From contig CAVRPV010000019.1 of the NCBI GenBank assembly GCA_963723235.1, positions 18,077-82,076 of the forward strand: 64,000 nucleotides of DNA. Reading direction: 5' to 3'. Position 1 is the first letter of the stretch. Each line of letters opens with the position of its first letter. Position numbers and translations under genes: made by a program. The stretch comes from an uncultured delta proteobacterium. GTDB lineage: Bacteria > Desulfobacterota > WTBG01 > CAIYCZ01 > CAIRTM01. The notes beneath the pieces are model-generated. The model made no database searches. It was given only the letters and a program-made list of their open reading frames with translations, and was not told the DNA's origin. This document shows positions 18,284 through 27,843 of this stretch, piece by piece.

Positions 18284-20836
18284 TCAAGAGGATTTCCCCT
18301 GGCTCTGCGGCATGAGCAGCCTGAGCTTCATCAGCCATTGGCTGTTCCAGGGTGATCGAATGGTTTCCTCATGCAGCACGGTATCAATGGAGTGCAACTC
18401 GGCGTCCGGACAAAACCTTTTCCAGTCAGACTGCAGCAGGGCGGGATGCTCTGTGCGAAAAAAAAGGATGGTTCTGCCACGGTAGGCAGGCGCAGCATAG
18501 CGTGCAGCAGCGTCGTTATAGAAGGTTTCGATGTGGAATATCCGATGCAGGTCCGAGAGCCTGTTCGTAATCCTGAACAGGGCAAATGCGGTTGTGCGCT
18601 GAAGCCATGTATTGAGGGACAGCATATCAAATGCCAGCAGATACAGTATCTGCACGATTGTGTCCTGCATGCGCGAGGGGTGGATTGCGCGGTAATATCG
18701 CAGCATCCTTCTCAGGAGCGGTCTCTTCCTGGTGCGTGCGTCCACAAAATGCGGATCGATCAGGAACAGCAGGGGAACCTCCTCTCCCGCAGCCCGCAAT
18801 TGGCGTGCGGCCTCGATCGCGATCAAACCGCCGATGGAGTACCCTGCCAGATAATACGGCCCGCTGCGCATGCATTGCCTGATCTGCTGAACATAGTCTG
18901 CGGCCATTTCCTCAATCGTCACAAACAGCCTTTCGTGTGCGGGCATTCTCTCAAAATAAGTCTCCAGCGGGACAAGGGGGATATCCTGCGGGTTGAACTG
19001 GCAGAGAATCCAGAAAATTGGCGTCTGCTGCGCCGAAGGCATCAGGCGATTCAGGGAATGCTCTGTTCTGTTTTCAACCAGCTCTGCCTGAGCGGCGATG
19101 GTGCTGTGCCGGTACAGCATGCTGAGGGGGAAACTCAGGCCGGTCTGTTTTTCGATCATCCTGAGCAGCGTCGTCGCTTGCAGCGAATCCCCGCCTGCTT
19201 CAAAAAAGTCGTTGTGCACGCCGATCTTTGCAACCCCGAGAATCTTTTGCCAGAGCCCGGCCAGCATGCCCTCTGACACTGAGCGTGCGGCGACGTATTC
19301 TTTTTCCACGGCCTGCACTTCAGCAGCCTGCAGCCTTTCAAGCGCGCCGATACGCTGCGGTTTGCCGGTCGGGCCCAGGGGCAGGGATTCGGCAAAAAAT
19401 ACGGTCCGGGGAACCTTGAAAACCGGAAGGCGCTCAAGACAAAAATCAAGCAGCTCGGCACGCGAAACAGACCCGCCTTTTTTGACGACAACAGCGGCGG
19501 CGATATCCTCCCCCAGGGTTGCGTGGGGAATGGAAAAGGCCATTGCCTCGGCAACGCAGGGATGGTCCTGGATGACTAGATCGATTTCACGCGGTGATAT
19601 TTTTTCGCCGCCGCGGTTTATGATCTCCTTCAGGCGCCCGGTAAGAAACAGATAGCCATCCTCGTCCAGATATCCGAGGTCTCCGGTATGAAACCAGCCG
19701 TGCGCAAAAGTCCGCGTGTTGGCTTCCGGATCGTCTTCATAGCCGGCCATGATGTTCTCTCCCTGCACCACGACCTCTCCTGCCGTGCCCGCCCCGAGCA
19801 GGTTCCCGGCCTCATCCATGATGGCGACCCTGGGCCCGACCGATGTGCCAGTTGAGCCGGCCTTTCTGATGCCCGGAGGCAGGGGGTTGGTTGTGATCAG
19901 GGGAGCTGCCTCGGTCATGCCGAATGTTTCAATCACCGGCACCCGGAAAAAGGCTTCCAGTTCCTGCTTCAACCGGGGCGACAGGGGGGCGGCCACCGAT
20001 CGGATAAAGCGAAGAGAGGACGCGATGCTCTCTTTCTTTGCCGTCCGGGCATGGCTGAGCAGCATCGACAGCGTTGCCGGGACGCCCTGATACCAGGTCG
20101 GTTGATATTGTTCCAGCAGCCCGAAAAACTCTTCGGCATTGAAACCGTGCGTGGAGATTATACGGCCGCCGCTTGCCAGCGGGGCAAGAAGCAGACAGGC
20201 AAAGCCGCCGATATGAAATTGCGGCATCATGCTCAGGCAGCAGTCATCAGGCCCAAGGGCCAAAGACTGGCAGATATAATTGACCGCAACACAGATATTC
20301 GTATGCGTCAGCGGTACTCTTTTGGGCTGCGCCGTGGTTCCTGATGTGTGCAGGACGATGGCTGTCTGCTGCGGATCGGGCGCAGGCCACGTACAATCAT
20401 CCGCCGACTGCGTGCCGCACCCGTCAGCCGGATCATCCACGAACTGAAGCGGGATCTGCATTTTTTCGGCAGCGGCTCGCGCTGCAGGAACAGCCGAGGA
20501 ATGGGTGATGAGCAGCCGTGCCCTGAGGTCGGCCAGCAATTTCTCCAGTTGCTGCTGCGGGTTAAGGGGATTAAGCGGGGCGCACACGGCAGCCATGCTG
20601 ACGCCCAGCAGGCAGCATGCCATGTCCGGGCCATCAGGCAGCACGATTGCCACGCGATCAGTCGGGCAAATTCCGGCTGATCGCAGATTGCCCACAATCA
20701 CGCGTACGGTTTTGAGCAGGCCGGCATAGGTAAGAGGGCTCCGGCCGGGCCGCTCAAGCGCAATGGCATCCGGATGCCGCCTGGCATTGCTGTAAAAAAG
20801 ATCGAACGTAGTGTTAAAAAGAGTAGATGACGGCAT
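18284..20836 (-). CDS. Stand-alone NRPS-like tridomain enzyme: adenylation - carrier (PCP) - thioesterase
   Basis: 850 aa. A-domain cores LHTSGTTAQPKRV, FHTGDLGY, GRLKEIINRGGEKISP and PTGKPQR. Carrier motif FFEAGGDSLQA. Alpha/beta-hydrolase GYSIGG nucleophile elbow. No condensation domain. Confidence 0.85.
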   Translation of the reverse strand: MPSSTLFNTTFDLFYSNARRHPDAIALERPGRSPLTYAGLLKTVRVIVGNLRSAGICPTDRVAIVLPDGPDMACCLLGVSMAAVCAPLNPLNPQQQLEKLLADLRARLLITHSSAVPAARAAAEKMQIPLQFVDDPADGCGTQSADDCTWPAPDPQQTAIVLHTSGTTAQPKRVPLTHTNICVAVNYICQSLALGPDDCCLSMMPQFHIGGFACLLLAPLASGGRIISTHGFNAEEFFGLLEQYQPTWYQGVPATLSMLLSHARTAKKESIASSLRFIRSVAAPLSPRLKQELEAFFRVPVIETFGMTEAAPLITTNPLPPGIRKAGSTGTSVGPRVAIMDEAGNLLGAGTAGEVVVQGENIMAGYEDDPEANTRTFAHGWFHTGDLGYLDEDGYLFLTGRLKEIINRGGEKISPREIDLVIQDHPCVAEAMAFSIPHATLGEDIAAAVVVKKGGSVSRAELLDFCLERLPVFKVPRTVFFAESLPLGPTGKPQRIGALERLQAAEVQAVEKEYVAARSVSEGMLAGLWQKILGVAKIGVHNDFFEAGGDSLQATTLLRMIEKQTGLSFPLSMLYRHSTIAAQAELVENRTEHSLNRLMPSAQQTPIFWILCQFNPQDIPLVPLETYFERMPAHERLFVTIEEMAADYVQQIRQCMRSGPYYLAGYSIGGLIAIEAARQLRAAGEEVPLLFLIDPHFVDARTRKRPLLRRMLRYYRAIHPSRMQDTIVQILYLLAFDMLSLNTWLQRTTAFALFRITNRLSDLHRIFHIETFYNDAAARYAAPAYRGRTILFFRTEHPALLQSDWKRFCPDAELHSIDTVLHEETIRSPWNSQWLMKLRLLMPQSQGKSS

Positions 20837-20888
20837 TTAAATTAGCTGCTTGCACCGGGAGACCGTATTGGGTCAATTCTGTGTAATC

Positions 20889-21662
20889 TTACAACCCTCT
20901 CGTTTTCCTGATCTGCTCATAGGCCCCCTGAATCTCCTGAAAGCGTTTGGTCGCAAAAGCTATGAATTCATCCGGAAGCCCCTTGGCGATGATCGTGTCA
21001 GGGTGAAACTCTTTCACAAGTTTTTTGTAACTCCCTTTAATCTCCTCGTCCGTGCTCTGGGCCGTGCAGTTCAGCATGTGGTAATGTTTGTCATCATTCT
21101 TAAAGTGGCGCGCCTGTATGCTGTCAAACATATTGTCCGATATCCGGAAAATATCCTGAACCGTTCTGATCGCTTTTTCTTCCGCAGGGTGCATAGCACC
21201 GTCGGCAGCAGCCACCTGAAACAGAACATCCAGAAAGGAGCATAACAACGTCGGCTCTGCCTGCGTCATCTGGTAAAACTGAGCGGCGAAATCCTCAAGC
21301 GAGTACGGCGAGCTTTTGGCCTCGTTGAAAACACGCCGCGCGAATACTTTCTCTTCAGCTGAAACCGGTAACCCGTTAATCAAACGCTCGACAACAGCAA
21401 GCTCCTCCGGCGTGACAGCGCCGTCAGCCTTGGCAAGCTTAGCCAGCATTGACAGCATGCACACAAAGTACGCCGCCTGATTCCGCGACACATTATCAAG
21501 CAGTGTCCCTGATTGCTGAAAAAGCTGCCGCCGTGCGGTCTGCTGTTTATCTATTAATTGATGCCCAAGTGCCGCACCCAGAACAGCGCCGAGCGGCCCG
21601 CCGAACATCATCCCCAAAGATCCCAATGCAATCTTTCCAAACCAGGACATACCGGCAATCAC
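20889..21662 (-). CDS. djlA: DjlA-type co-chaperone (TM + TerB-like domain + C-terminal J domain)
   Basis: N-terminal Gly-rich TM segment. C-terminal J domain YHMLNCTAQSTDEEIKGSYKKLVKEFHPD. Confidence 0.8.
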   Translation of the reverse strand: MIAGMSWFGKIALGSLGMMFGGPLGAVLGAALGHQLIDKQQTARRQLFQQSGTLLDNVSRNQAAYFVCMLSMLAKLAKADGAVTPEELAVVERLINGLPVSAEEKVFARRVFNEAKSSPYSLEDFAAQFYQMTQAEPTLLCSFLDVLFQVAAADGAMHPAEEKAIRTVQDIFRISDNMFDSIQARHFKNDDKHYHMLNCTAQSTDEEIKGSYKKLVKEFHPDTIIAKGLPDEFIAFATKRFQEIQGAYEQIRKTRGL

Positions 21663-21758
21663 CTTTCTCTATGCCGCGGAAGCGGCTGCGTGTAACCATT
21701 CAATCCGCCGGGCATGAACCCGCAATGGCGGGGTTAGTGCAATGCCTCGCGCGCGGGA

Positions 21759-23699
21759 TTATTTTTTGTAGTAGGTATAGCCCCGCAGCCCGGACTCGTA
21801 GGCGTGCATGATTTTTCGCCGCTCGGCGCCCGTGATCGTGCCCTCGCGCACCGCGTTCTCAGCGGCCTGACGGAACTGGTTCATGAGAACCTTGGTATCG
21901 TACTCAACGTAGGTAAGCACATCGGCGATGGAATCGCCTTCAAGCTCACGCACGAAGTCAAAGCTCCCGTCCTCGTTCATCCGCACGCTCACGATGTTGG
22001 TGTCGCCCAGCAGGTTGTGCAGATCGCCCAGGGTTTCCTGATAGGCCCCGACCAGGAATACGCCCATGAAGTATTCCTCTCCGGGCTTTACCTCGTGCAG
22101 CGGCAGAGTGCTGCGCACGTCGTGCAAATCGATGAACCGGTCTATCTTGCCGTCGGAGTCGCAGGTAATATCGGCCAGGATGGCCCTGCGGGTCGGGCAC
22201 TCATTGAGCCGGTGCACGGGCATGATGGGAAACAGCTGGTCGATGGCCCAGGAGTCCGGCAGCGACTGGAATATGCTGAAATTGCAATAGTAGATATCGG
22301 CCAGGGCGATGTCGATGCCTTCAAGCTCGACCGGCACCTGCTTGATTTTTTTCACCTCACGGGCGATTTTGTTGATGATGTTCCAGAAAACCGTCTCGCA
22401 CAGAGAGCGCTCGCGCAGGCTGATCTCTCCATGCCTGAAAAGCCTCTGCACCTCATCCTTGTAATACAGGGCATCGTTATAATACTCCTGTATGTTCTTG
22501 GTGTTCACCGATGTGTAGACATCCAGCAGGTTCCGCAGCATCTCATGGGAGTCGGCAGGCAGCGTATCCGGTATGCTGAGCGCGTCAAAGCGGCTGACAT
22601 CAAGAATGTTGAACAGCAGAACCGAGTAGTGCGCCACGGTTGCCCGGCCCGACTCGGTTATGATGGTCGGGTGCGGCAGCTGCTTTTCATCGAGGCTCGC
22701 CATGACGATCTCGATGATGTCGGCGCAGTACTCATTCACCGAGTAGTTGCGGCTGCAGCGGAAGTTGGTCTGCGAGCCGTCATAGTCGACGGCCAGGCCG
22801 CCGCCCAGGTCCAGATAGCCCATGGGCGCGCCTTCCATCACCAGCTCGGTGTAGTAACGGCAGGCCTCGTCCACGCCCGCCCGAATGTCCCTGATATTGG
22901 GTATCTGGGAGCCCAGATGATAGTGCAGAAGCTGGAGGCAGTCAGTCATGTCTTCCTGCTTGAGCCTGTCAACCAGCGCGATTATTTCCGAGGTATTCAG
23001 GCCGAACAGGCTCCGGTCTCCGCCTGATTCTGCCCAGTGACCGCCGGCCTTGAGTGAAATTTTCAGCCGCACGCCGAGCCGGGGGGTGATGCCGAGTTCT
23101 TTGGCCCTGCGCAGCACAAGATCAAGCTCGCACGGCATCTCGATCACGATGAAGCATTTAAAACCGAGCTTGATGGCGTACAGGGCGAGGTCGATGAACT
23201 TCTCGTCTTTGTAGCCATTGCAGATAATGCAGGCCTCGGGATCCTTGATCATGGATATGGCGATAATAAGCTCGGCCTTGCTCCCGGCCTCAAGGCCGTG
23301 GTGATAGCTGGCGCCGAAGCGGGTAATCTCCTCGATCACCTGCTGCTGCTGGTTTACCTTGATGGGGTAGACACCCCGGTACTGCCCCTTGTAATTACAC
23401 TGTTTGATGGCTTCATTGAAACTCTCGTGCAGGATGGAGAGCTGGGAGTCAAGCATGTTTTCGATGCGCAATAGGACCGGCATCTCAAGCCCGCGCTCTT
23501 TTATCCCCGAAATAATGTCCATCAGGCTGATGGATTGATTCTCCCGCCCCCTGATCGGCGTGGCGACAACCTCACCCTTGTCGGAAATCGAAAAAAAACC
23601 CTTGCCCCAGTTGGGAATGCCGTAGGCCTCTTTTGAGTTTTCAACCGTCCAGCGGTTCAGCTTGCCGTTTTGTATCAGTGACAGTTCTTTTTCGTTCAT
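21759..23699 (-). CDS. speA: Biosynthetic arginine decarboxylase
   Basis: 646 aa. SpeA-like over the full length (WTVENSKEAYGIPNWGKGFF..., YPIKVNQQ, LDLGGGLAVDYDG). Confidence 0.93.
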   Translation of the reverse strand: MNEKELSLIQNGKLNRWTVENSKEAYGIPNWGKGFFSISDKGEVVATPIRGRENQSISLMDIISGIKERGLEMPVLLRIENMLDSQLSILHESFNEAIKQCNYKGQYRGVYPIKVNQQQQVIEEITRFGASYHHGLEAGSKAELIIAISMIKDPEACIICNGYKDEKFIDLALYAIKLGFKCFIVIEMPCELDLVLRRAKELGITPRLGVRLKISLKAGGHWAESGGDRSLFGLNTSEIIALVDRLKQEDMTDCLQLLHYHLGSQIPNIRDIRAGVDEACRYYTELVMEGAPMGYLDLGGGLAVDYDGSQTNFRCSRNYSVNEYCADIIEIVMASLDEKQLPHPTIITESGRATVAHYSVLLFNILDVSRFDALSIPDTLPADSHEMLRNLLDVYTSVNTKNIQEYYNDALYYKDEVQRLFRHGEISLRERSLCETVFWNIINKIAREVKKIKQVPVELEGIDIALADIYYCNFSIFQSLPDSWAIDQLFPIMPVHRLNECPTRRAILADITCDSDGKIDRFIDLHDVRSTLPLHEVKPGEEYFMGVFLVGAYQETLGDLHNLLGDTNIVSVRMNEDGSFDFVRELEGDSIADVLTYVEYDTKVLMNQFRQAAENAVREGTITGAERRKIMHAYESGLRGYTYYKK

Positions 23700-23714
23700 G
23701 CTGCGTGTCCTTTA

Positions 23715-23892
23715 GGGTGTTGTAAAAGTCTTTTTTTACAGGCTGTTCAAAAATGCGCAGATGCACAGGCGCCCGATATCATTTGTAAGGGCACGGCATG
23801 CCGTGCCCTTACCGTACGCCGCAGTGATCCCGCCATGGCGGGAATAAGCGCAATCCCGCTGCAGCGGGACAGGTGTGCTTTTTTCAACAGCC
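23715..23892 (+). repeat. Family-1 element, copy E (palindrome module + two GGGA hairpins)
   Basis: Outer arm GGGTGTTGTAAAAGTC and left arm at 23741. GTAAGGGCACGGCATGCCGTGCCCTTAC at 23785..23812. TCCCGCCATGGCGGGA and TCCCGCTGCAGCGGGA hairpins. Right arm ends at 23892. Confidence 0.9.
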
Positions 23893-24071
23893 TTCGCGAG
23901 GGCACATTATACCAGTAAACGCACTTCATATCCACAGTTCACTGACATCACGCCAAAAAAACCGCTCACGCTCCGGCCTTTCAATTTTCTTTGCGAACCG
24001 GTAAACAGTCAAGTATACTGTTCCCCGCAACTGCCGCACAACAGACCCATGCTCTATGAAAGGACCATCGA

Positions 24072-25076
24072 GTGAAGGCATTCTGCACACTATTTATTTT
24101 TATGGCACTCTTGCTGTTTTCCGCCAGCCCGGCGATGTCAGAAACACCGCTGCCGGAGCAGGTTGAAAATTCGCTCGGCATGCGCTTTGTCCTGGTGCCG
24201 GCAGGCGAATTTCTGATGGGCAGCGACGAAGATCCCGATTCTCTCGCACAAGCCTATCCGCAGTATGAGCGCCGCCGGTTCCTCATTCTCGGCGACGAGG
24301 CGCCCGTGCACAGGGTCCGCATTACCCGCCCGTTTTACCTTGGCCGGTTTGAAGTAACGGTCGGCCAGTTTAAAAAATTCCTTGCCCTGTCCGGCTACGT
24401 GCCCGAATCCGTGGCCGACGCAACCGGGGGCTACGGCTATAACCGCGACTATGATCCGGCCCAATCCAGACGGGGCGATGCCTTCGAGGGCCGCGACCCG
24501 AAGTATTCCTGGGCAAATCCCGGATTTGCACAAAGCGACAATGATCCGGTGGTCAATGTGACCTGGCAGGACGCGAAAGCCATGGCGGCCTGGCTGAGCC
24601 GCACGGAGGGCACAACATACCGGCTGCCCACCGAGGCCGAGTGGGAGTATGCCTGCCGCGCCGGTACCCGCACGCGCTACTCCAGCGGCGACGACCCGGC
24701 AACGCTGCTCAAGGCGGCCAATGTCTTTGACGCCGACTGCATGCAGAACTGGCTGAAGTGGCAGCAGTACGCTGTGGCAGGCCATGACGGCTTTGCGTTT
24801 ACGGCTCCCGTTGGCAGCTTTGCGCCGAACGCCTGGGGCCTGCACGACATGCACGGCAACGTGTGGGAATGGTGCGCCGACTGGCACAGCGAAACCTATT
24901 ATGCCGATTCGCCCGTTGATGATCCGCAGGGTCCGGCCACGGGTGAGGTGCGGGTGCGCCGCGGCGGGTCCTGGCACACCTGGCCGTTTTACGCGCGCTC
25001 GGCATACCGCAACTGGAACAAGCCCGATACGCGCTACACGCTGGTCGGCATGCGCCTGTTGCGCGAAGCCAAATAG
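24072..25076 (+). CDS. Formylglycine-generating enzyme (SUMF1/FGE-sulfatase) family protein, secreted
   Basis: Signal peptide, GMRFVLVPAGEFLMGS, HDMHGNVWEWCADWH and RVRRGGSWH motifs. Confidence 0.88.
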   Translation: MKAFCTLFIFMALLLFSASPAMSETPLPEQVENSLGMRFVLVPAGEFLMGSDEDPDSLAQAYPQYERRRFLILGDEAPVHRVRITRPFYLGRFEVTVGQFKKFLALSGYVPESVADATGGYGYNRDYDPAQSRRGDAFEGRDPKYSWANPGFAQSDNDPVVNVTWQDAKAMAAWLSRTEGTTYRLPTEAEWEYACRAGTRTRYSSGDDPATLLKAANVFDADCMQNWLKWQQYAVAGHDGFAFTAPVGSFAPNAWGLHDMHGNVWEWCADWHSETYYADSPVDDPQGPATGEVRVRRGGSWHTWPFYARSAYRNWNKPDTRYTLVGMRLLREAK

Positions 25077-25225
25077 AGGCTGATGAAAAAGTCTCTTTAC
25101 ACAGGCTGTTCAAAAATGCATAGATGCAAGGCGCGCGCAATCATGAGGAATGAGGCGTACTTACCGTACGCCGCAGTGACGAATGATAAACGCAACGCAG
25201 CAGATGGGCGTTTTTCAACAGCCTG
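25077..25225 (+). repeat. Family-1 element, copy F, flanked by a perfect 16-bp direct repeat
   Basis: Left arm at 25104 and right arm ending at 25225. ATAGAGGCTGATGAAA occurs at 25073..25088 and again at 25226..25241. Confidence 0.9.
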
Positions 25226-25252
25226 ATAGAGGCTGATGAAACGAAAGGACGT

Positions 25253-25753
25253 GTGATGCTGCTAAAAAAATTATTGGCCCTGCTGATTGTATCCATCGCC
25301 ATACTATCCATGTGCGCAGGCTGCCAGACGCTCCCGCAACCGCCAAAGCCGGATCACCGGGTCACTGAACAGGTGCCCGCCGCGCAGGATATCACCGGGC
25401 CTGCTCCTGGGCAGGCTCCGCCGCAGTCCGCCGTGGGAACCGCCCGCTACTACGCCAACCGCTTCAACGGCAAAAAAACAGCTTCGGGTGAAGTGTTCAA
25501 CCAGAAAAAATTGACCGCCGCCCACCCCACCCTGCCGTTCGGCACGCTGGTGAAAGTCGAAAATCTCGCCAACGGCATATCCGTCATCGTCAAGGTCAAT
25601 GACCGCTGCCGCAAGCATGAGCAAGTTTTTATTGACGTATCACGCGAGGCCGCACTCGAACTCGGCTTTATCAGGCAGGGCACGGCCAAGGTCAGACTGA
25701 CCGTTCTTGCAAATAATCCATCAAGCGAAGTTCCGGCTGCCTCGAAGGATTAA
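25253..25753 (+). CDS. rlpA: RlpA-like lipoprotein (double-psi beta-barrel domain)
   Basis: Lipobox LSMCAGC. GTARYYANRFNGKKTASGEVF...AAHPTLPFGTLVKVENL...VKVNDR. Confidence 0.88.
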   Translation: MMLLKKLLALLIVSIAILSMCAGCQTLPQPPKPDHRVTEQVPAAQDITGPAPGQAPPQSAVGTARYYANRFNGKKTASGEVFNQKKLTAAHPTLPFGTLVKVENLANGISVIVKVNDRCRKHEQVFIDVSREAALELGFIRQGTAKVRLTVLANNPSSEVPAASKD

Positions 25754-25890
25754 AGGCCAGTCCTAGAGTGCGTTGCGCACCATTCACAGCCGCATTACCG
25801 ACGATGTGTATGGCGCGCCCTACGCACTGTCAATTAAATTAATGGATGTCCGCTGTTGACGCATGAAAAGCTGCTCACCGAAACGCGGCT

Positions 25891-25932
25891 GAAAAAGGCA
25901 AGGCTACGCTGCGGACATGCAGCATAGCCTTG
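25891..25932 (-). terminator. Rho-independent terminator candidate for the metallophosphoesterase gene
   Basis: On the minus strand: CAAGGCTATGCTGC-ATGTCC-GCAGCGTAGCCTTG (14-bp stem, 1 G:U pair) followed by CCTTTTTC, 30 nt after the stop. Confidence 0.6.
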
Positions 25933-25961
25933 TTGGGTGGGGTGGTGCTTTGAAAATGGAA

Positions 25962-27626
25962 TTACAGCAGCGGGGCGCCTTCCACAATAACGACAAGTGC
26001 CGGCGCATTGCCGGCGTGGCTGGTGAGGAAATCCCAACCATCGGTGCTGTTGTTCAGCATGGCCCAGCCGTAGTTGGTCTCGCCGTCAGCCCATGCCTGT
26101 ATGGATTTCGTGACATCCACGATGAACGGCGTCGGAAACCCCTTCGGGCAGCTAAACGCCGTATCGCTTTCGCTCAGGGCTTCGATATCGTTTGCTTCAA
26201 CACCGCCGCCGACCATGACGGTCTGCGTCACAAATTGCTTGGTTTTGGGATCATAAAAGGTGACATCGTGCCAAGTGACAGGCTGGGGGGTGAAATCGTA
26301 CCAGGTCGACTTCTCGGTGAACGGCATCAGCATCCGGTGAAAGTTGATAGTGCCAGCCGTCGAGCTCGTTGCTTCGAAAAGTATTTTAGCCGAGGTAATG
26401 GTCGAGCCGGCTGGTATCTGGCCGGGGCCGTTGCCGATGATGCCGGTGAAGGCGAGCAAGCCGTTCACCCGCGAGCCCGAGTCGTCCAAGTCGGTCGTCA
26501 GCGTCATCTCTCCGCCATAGTCAAGGCCTGGATTATTTTCGTTGATTTGAGAGTCGATTGTCCCTTCGTAGCCATTAAGGCGCTCCTGGAAAATATGGGT
26601 CGCCGGTTCGGTAATGGGGTCGGCGGGGGGCAGAGGCGGCCGTTCGGGCTCGTCACCGAAATCATACCTGCTCCAGCGCTTGAATCGCTGTTTCAGATTA
26701 GTGGTAAAGGCGAACTGGCTGTCATCATCCGTTTCGAAATAGGGATCAACGGTTATGATATCCCCATCGTCATCAATGGTGAAGCCGGGGGAAAAGGTTT
26801 TCACCGAAATGGTGCCGTTATCCTCGTTTATGCGAATGAGGCGCATCAGGCCGTTGCCGCCGTTATCGCGGTCCTGGTAGTCGGAAAGCATCTGATAGAC
26901 CGGCTTGTTGTCATCATTATGGGACACGAAGGCGTATTCGGTATGCGTATGACCGTTGAGCACCATGAAAATGCGGGGGTTTTCCCTTATGAATTCATCC
27001 CAGATGATTCGGCCCGTGGGGCCTCTGCCGCCGTACATGACATAATCATGCGTCGAGACAATCACGGGCATGGAACGGTATTTTCTTTTATCCATGATGG
27101 ACTGGGCCCACGAAAAGGCCTCCGCGTCGGGGTCCTTTTGGAAATTTATGTGCAGGAATCTGCGATTTCCCGCCCTGAAGACTTGCGCATGGTTGAGCTT
27201 GTTTGGCGAGGAGCCGATATACCACTTTTTCCCCGCGTAGCTCTCGGGGCCGAGGTATTCTGCAAACTCGGTGCCGTCATGATTACCCTGGCAGATCGAA
27301 TAGGGAAAATCGTCAGGCGCATCGAATAGAGGATCAAGCGCCCACATCGCATTGTTCCACTGCTCCGTGTCGCCTGCGTTATCGACGACATCGCCCAAAT
27401 GCGTCACGAAAACAATATTCTCATTTTTCCTGTTTGCGAGAATCCAGTCAATCTGTGCCTTGAAAATTGGAGTCAGCGCGCTTTCCTCGCTGTAGACCTG
27501 CGTATCGGGAATAGCGACTATAGTGAAGGTTTTCTTGGACTTTGAAGCGCCGCAGACTGCCGGATATGCAGCCAGGGCCAGGAACAAAACAGCCAAGCAT
27601 GTACTGGTTATTTTTCTCATAATCAA
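25962..27626 (-). CDS. Secreted calcineurin-like metallophosphoesterase with a C-terminal DNRLRE-like domain
   Basis: 554 aa. Signal peptide, then IPDTQ, HLGDVVD and QGNHD phosphoesterase motifs. I am less sure of the identity of the C-terminal beta-rich domain. Confidence 0.8.
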   Translation of the reverse strand: MIMRKITSTCLAVLFLALAAYPAVCGASKSKKTFTIVAIPDTQVYSEESALTPIFKAQIDWILANRKNENIVFVTHLGDVVDNAGDTEQWNNAMWALDPLFDAPDDFPYSICQGNHDGTEFAEYLGPESYAGKKWYIGSSPNKLNHAQVFRAGNRRFLHINFQKDPDAEAFSWAQSIMDKRKYRSMPVIVSTHDYVMYGGRGPTGRIIWDEFIRENPRIFMVLNGHTHTEYAFVSHNDDNKPVYQMLSDYQDRDNGGNGLMRLIRINEDNGTISVKTFSPGFTIDDDGDIITVDPYFETDDDSQFAFTTNLKQRFKRWSRYDFGDEPERPPLPPADPITEPATHIFQERLNGYEGTIDSQINENNPGLDYGGEMTLTTDLDDSGSRVNGLLAFTGIIGNGPGQIPAGSTITSAKILFEATSSTAGTINFHRMLMPFTEKSTWYDFTPQPVTWHDVTFYDPKTKQFVTQTVMVGGGVEANDIEALSESDTAFSCPKGFPTPFIVDVTKSIQAWADGETNYGWAMLNNSTDGWDFLTSHAGNAPALVVIVEGAPLL

Positions 27627-27843
27627 GCCTCCTGAAAAAGTGAATGTGTGCGATTCCTTGCTGAAAAAATATTTTCTGATTCAGAATAGCTCCGCATTGT
27701 TAATGCTTTTTAAGCAGCTGGTTAAATTCATCACAAAAAAACGTTAATATACATGCCTATAAAAGAGTATATTTTGATTAAATCGAAGTAATGTCGACCA
27801 ATTGGAGGGCGGCGGGATGCACCGCCCCCGGTGGAATCAGTTC

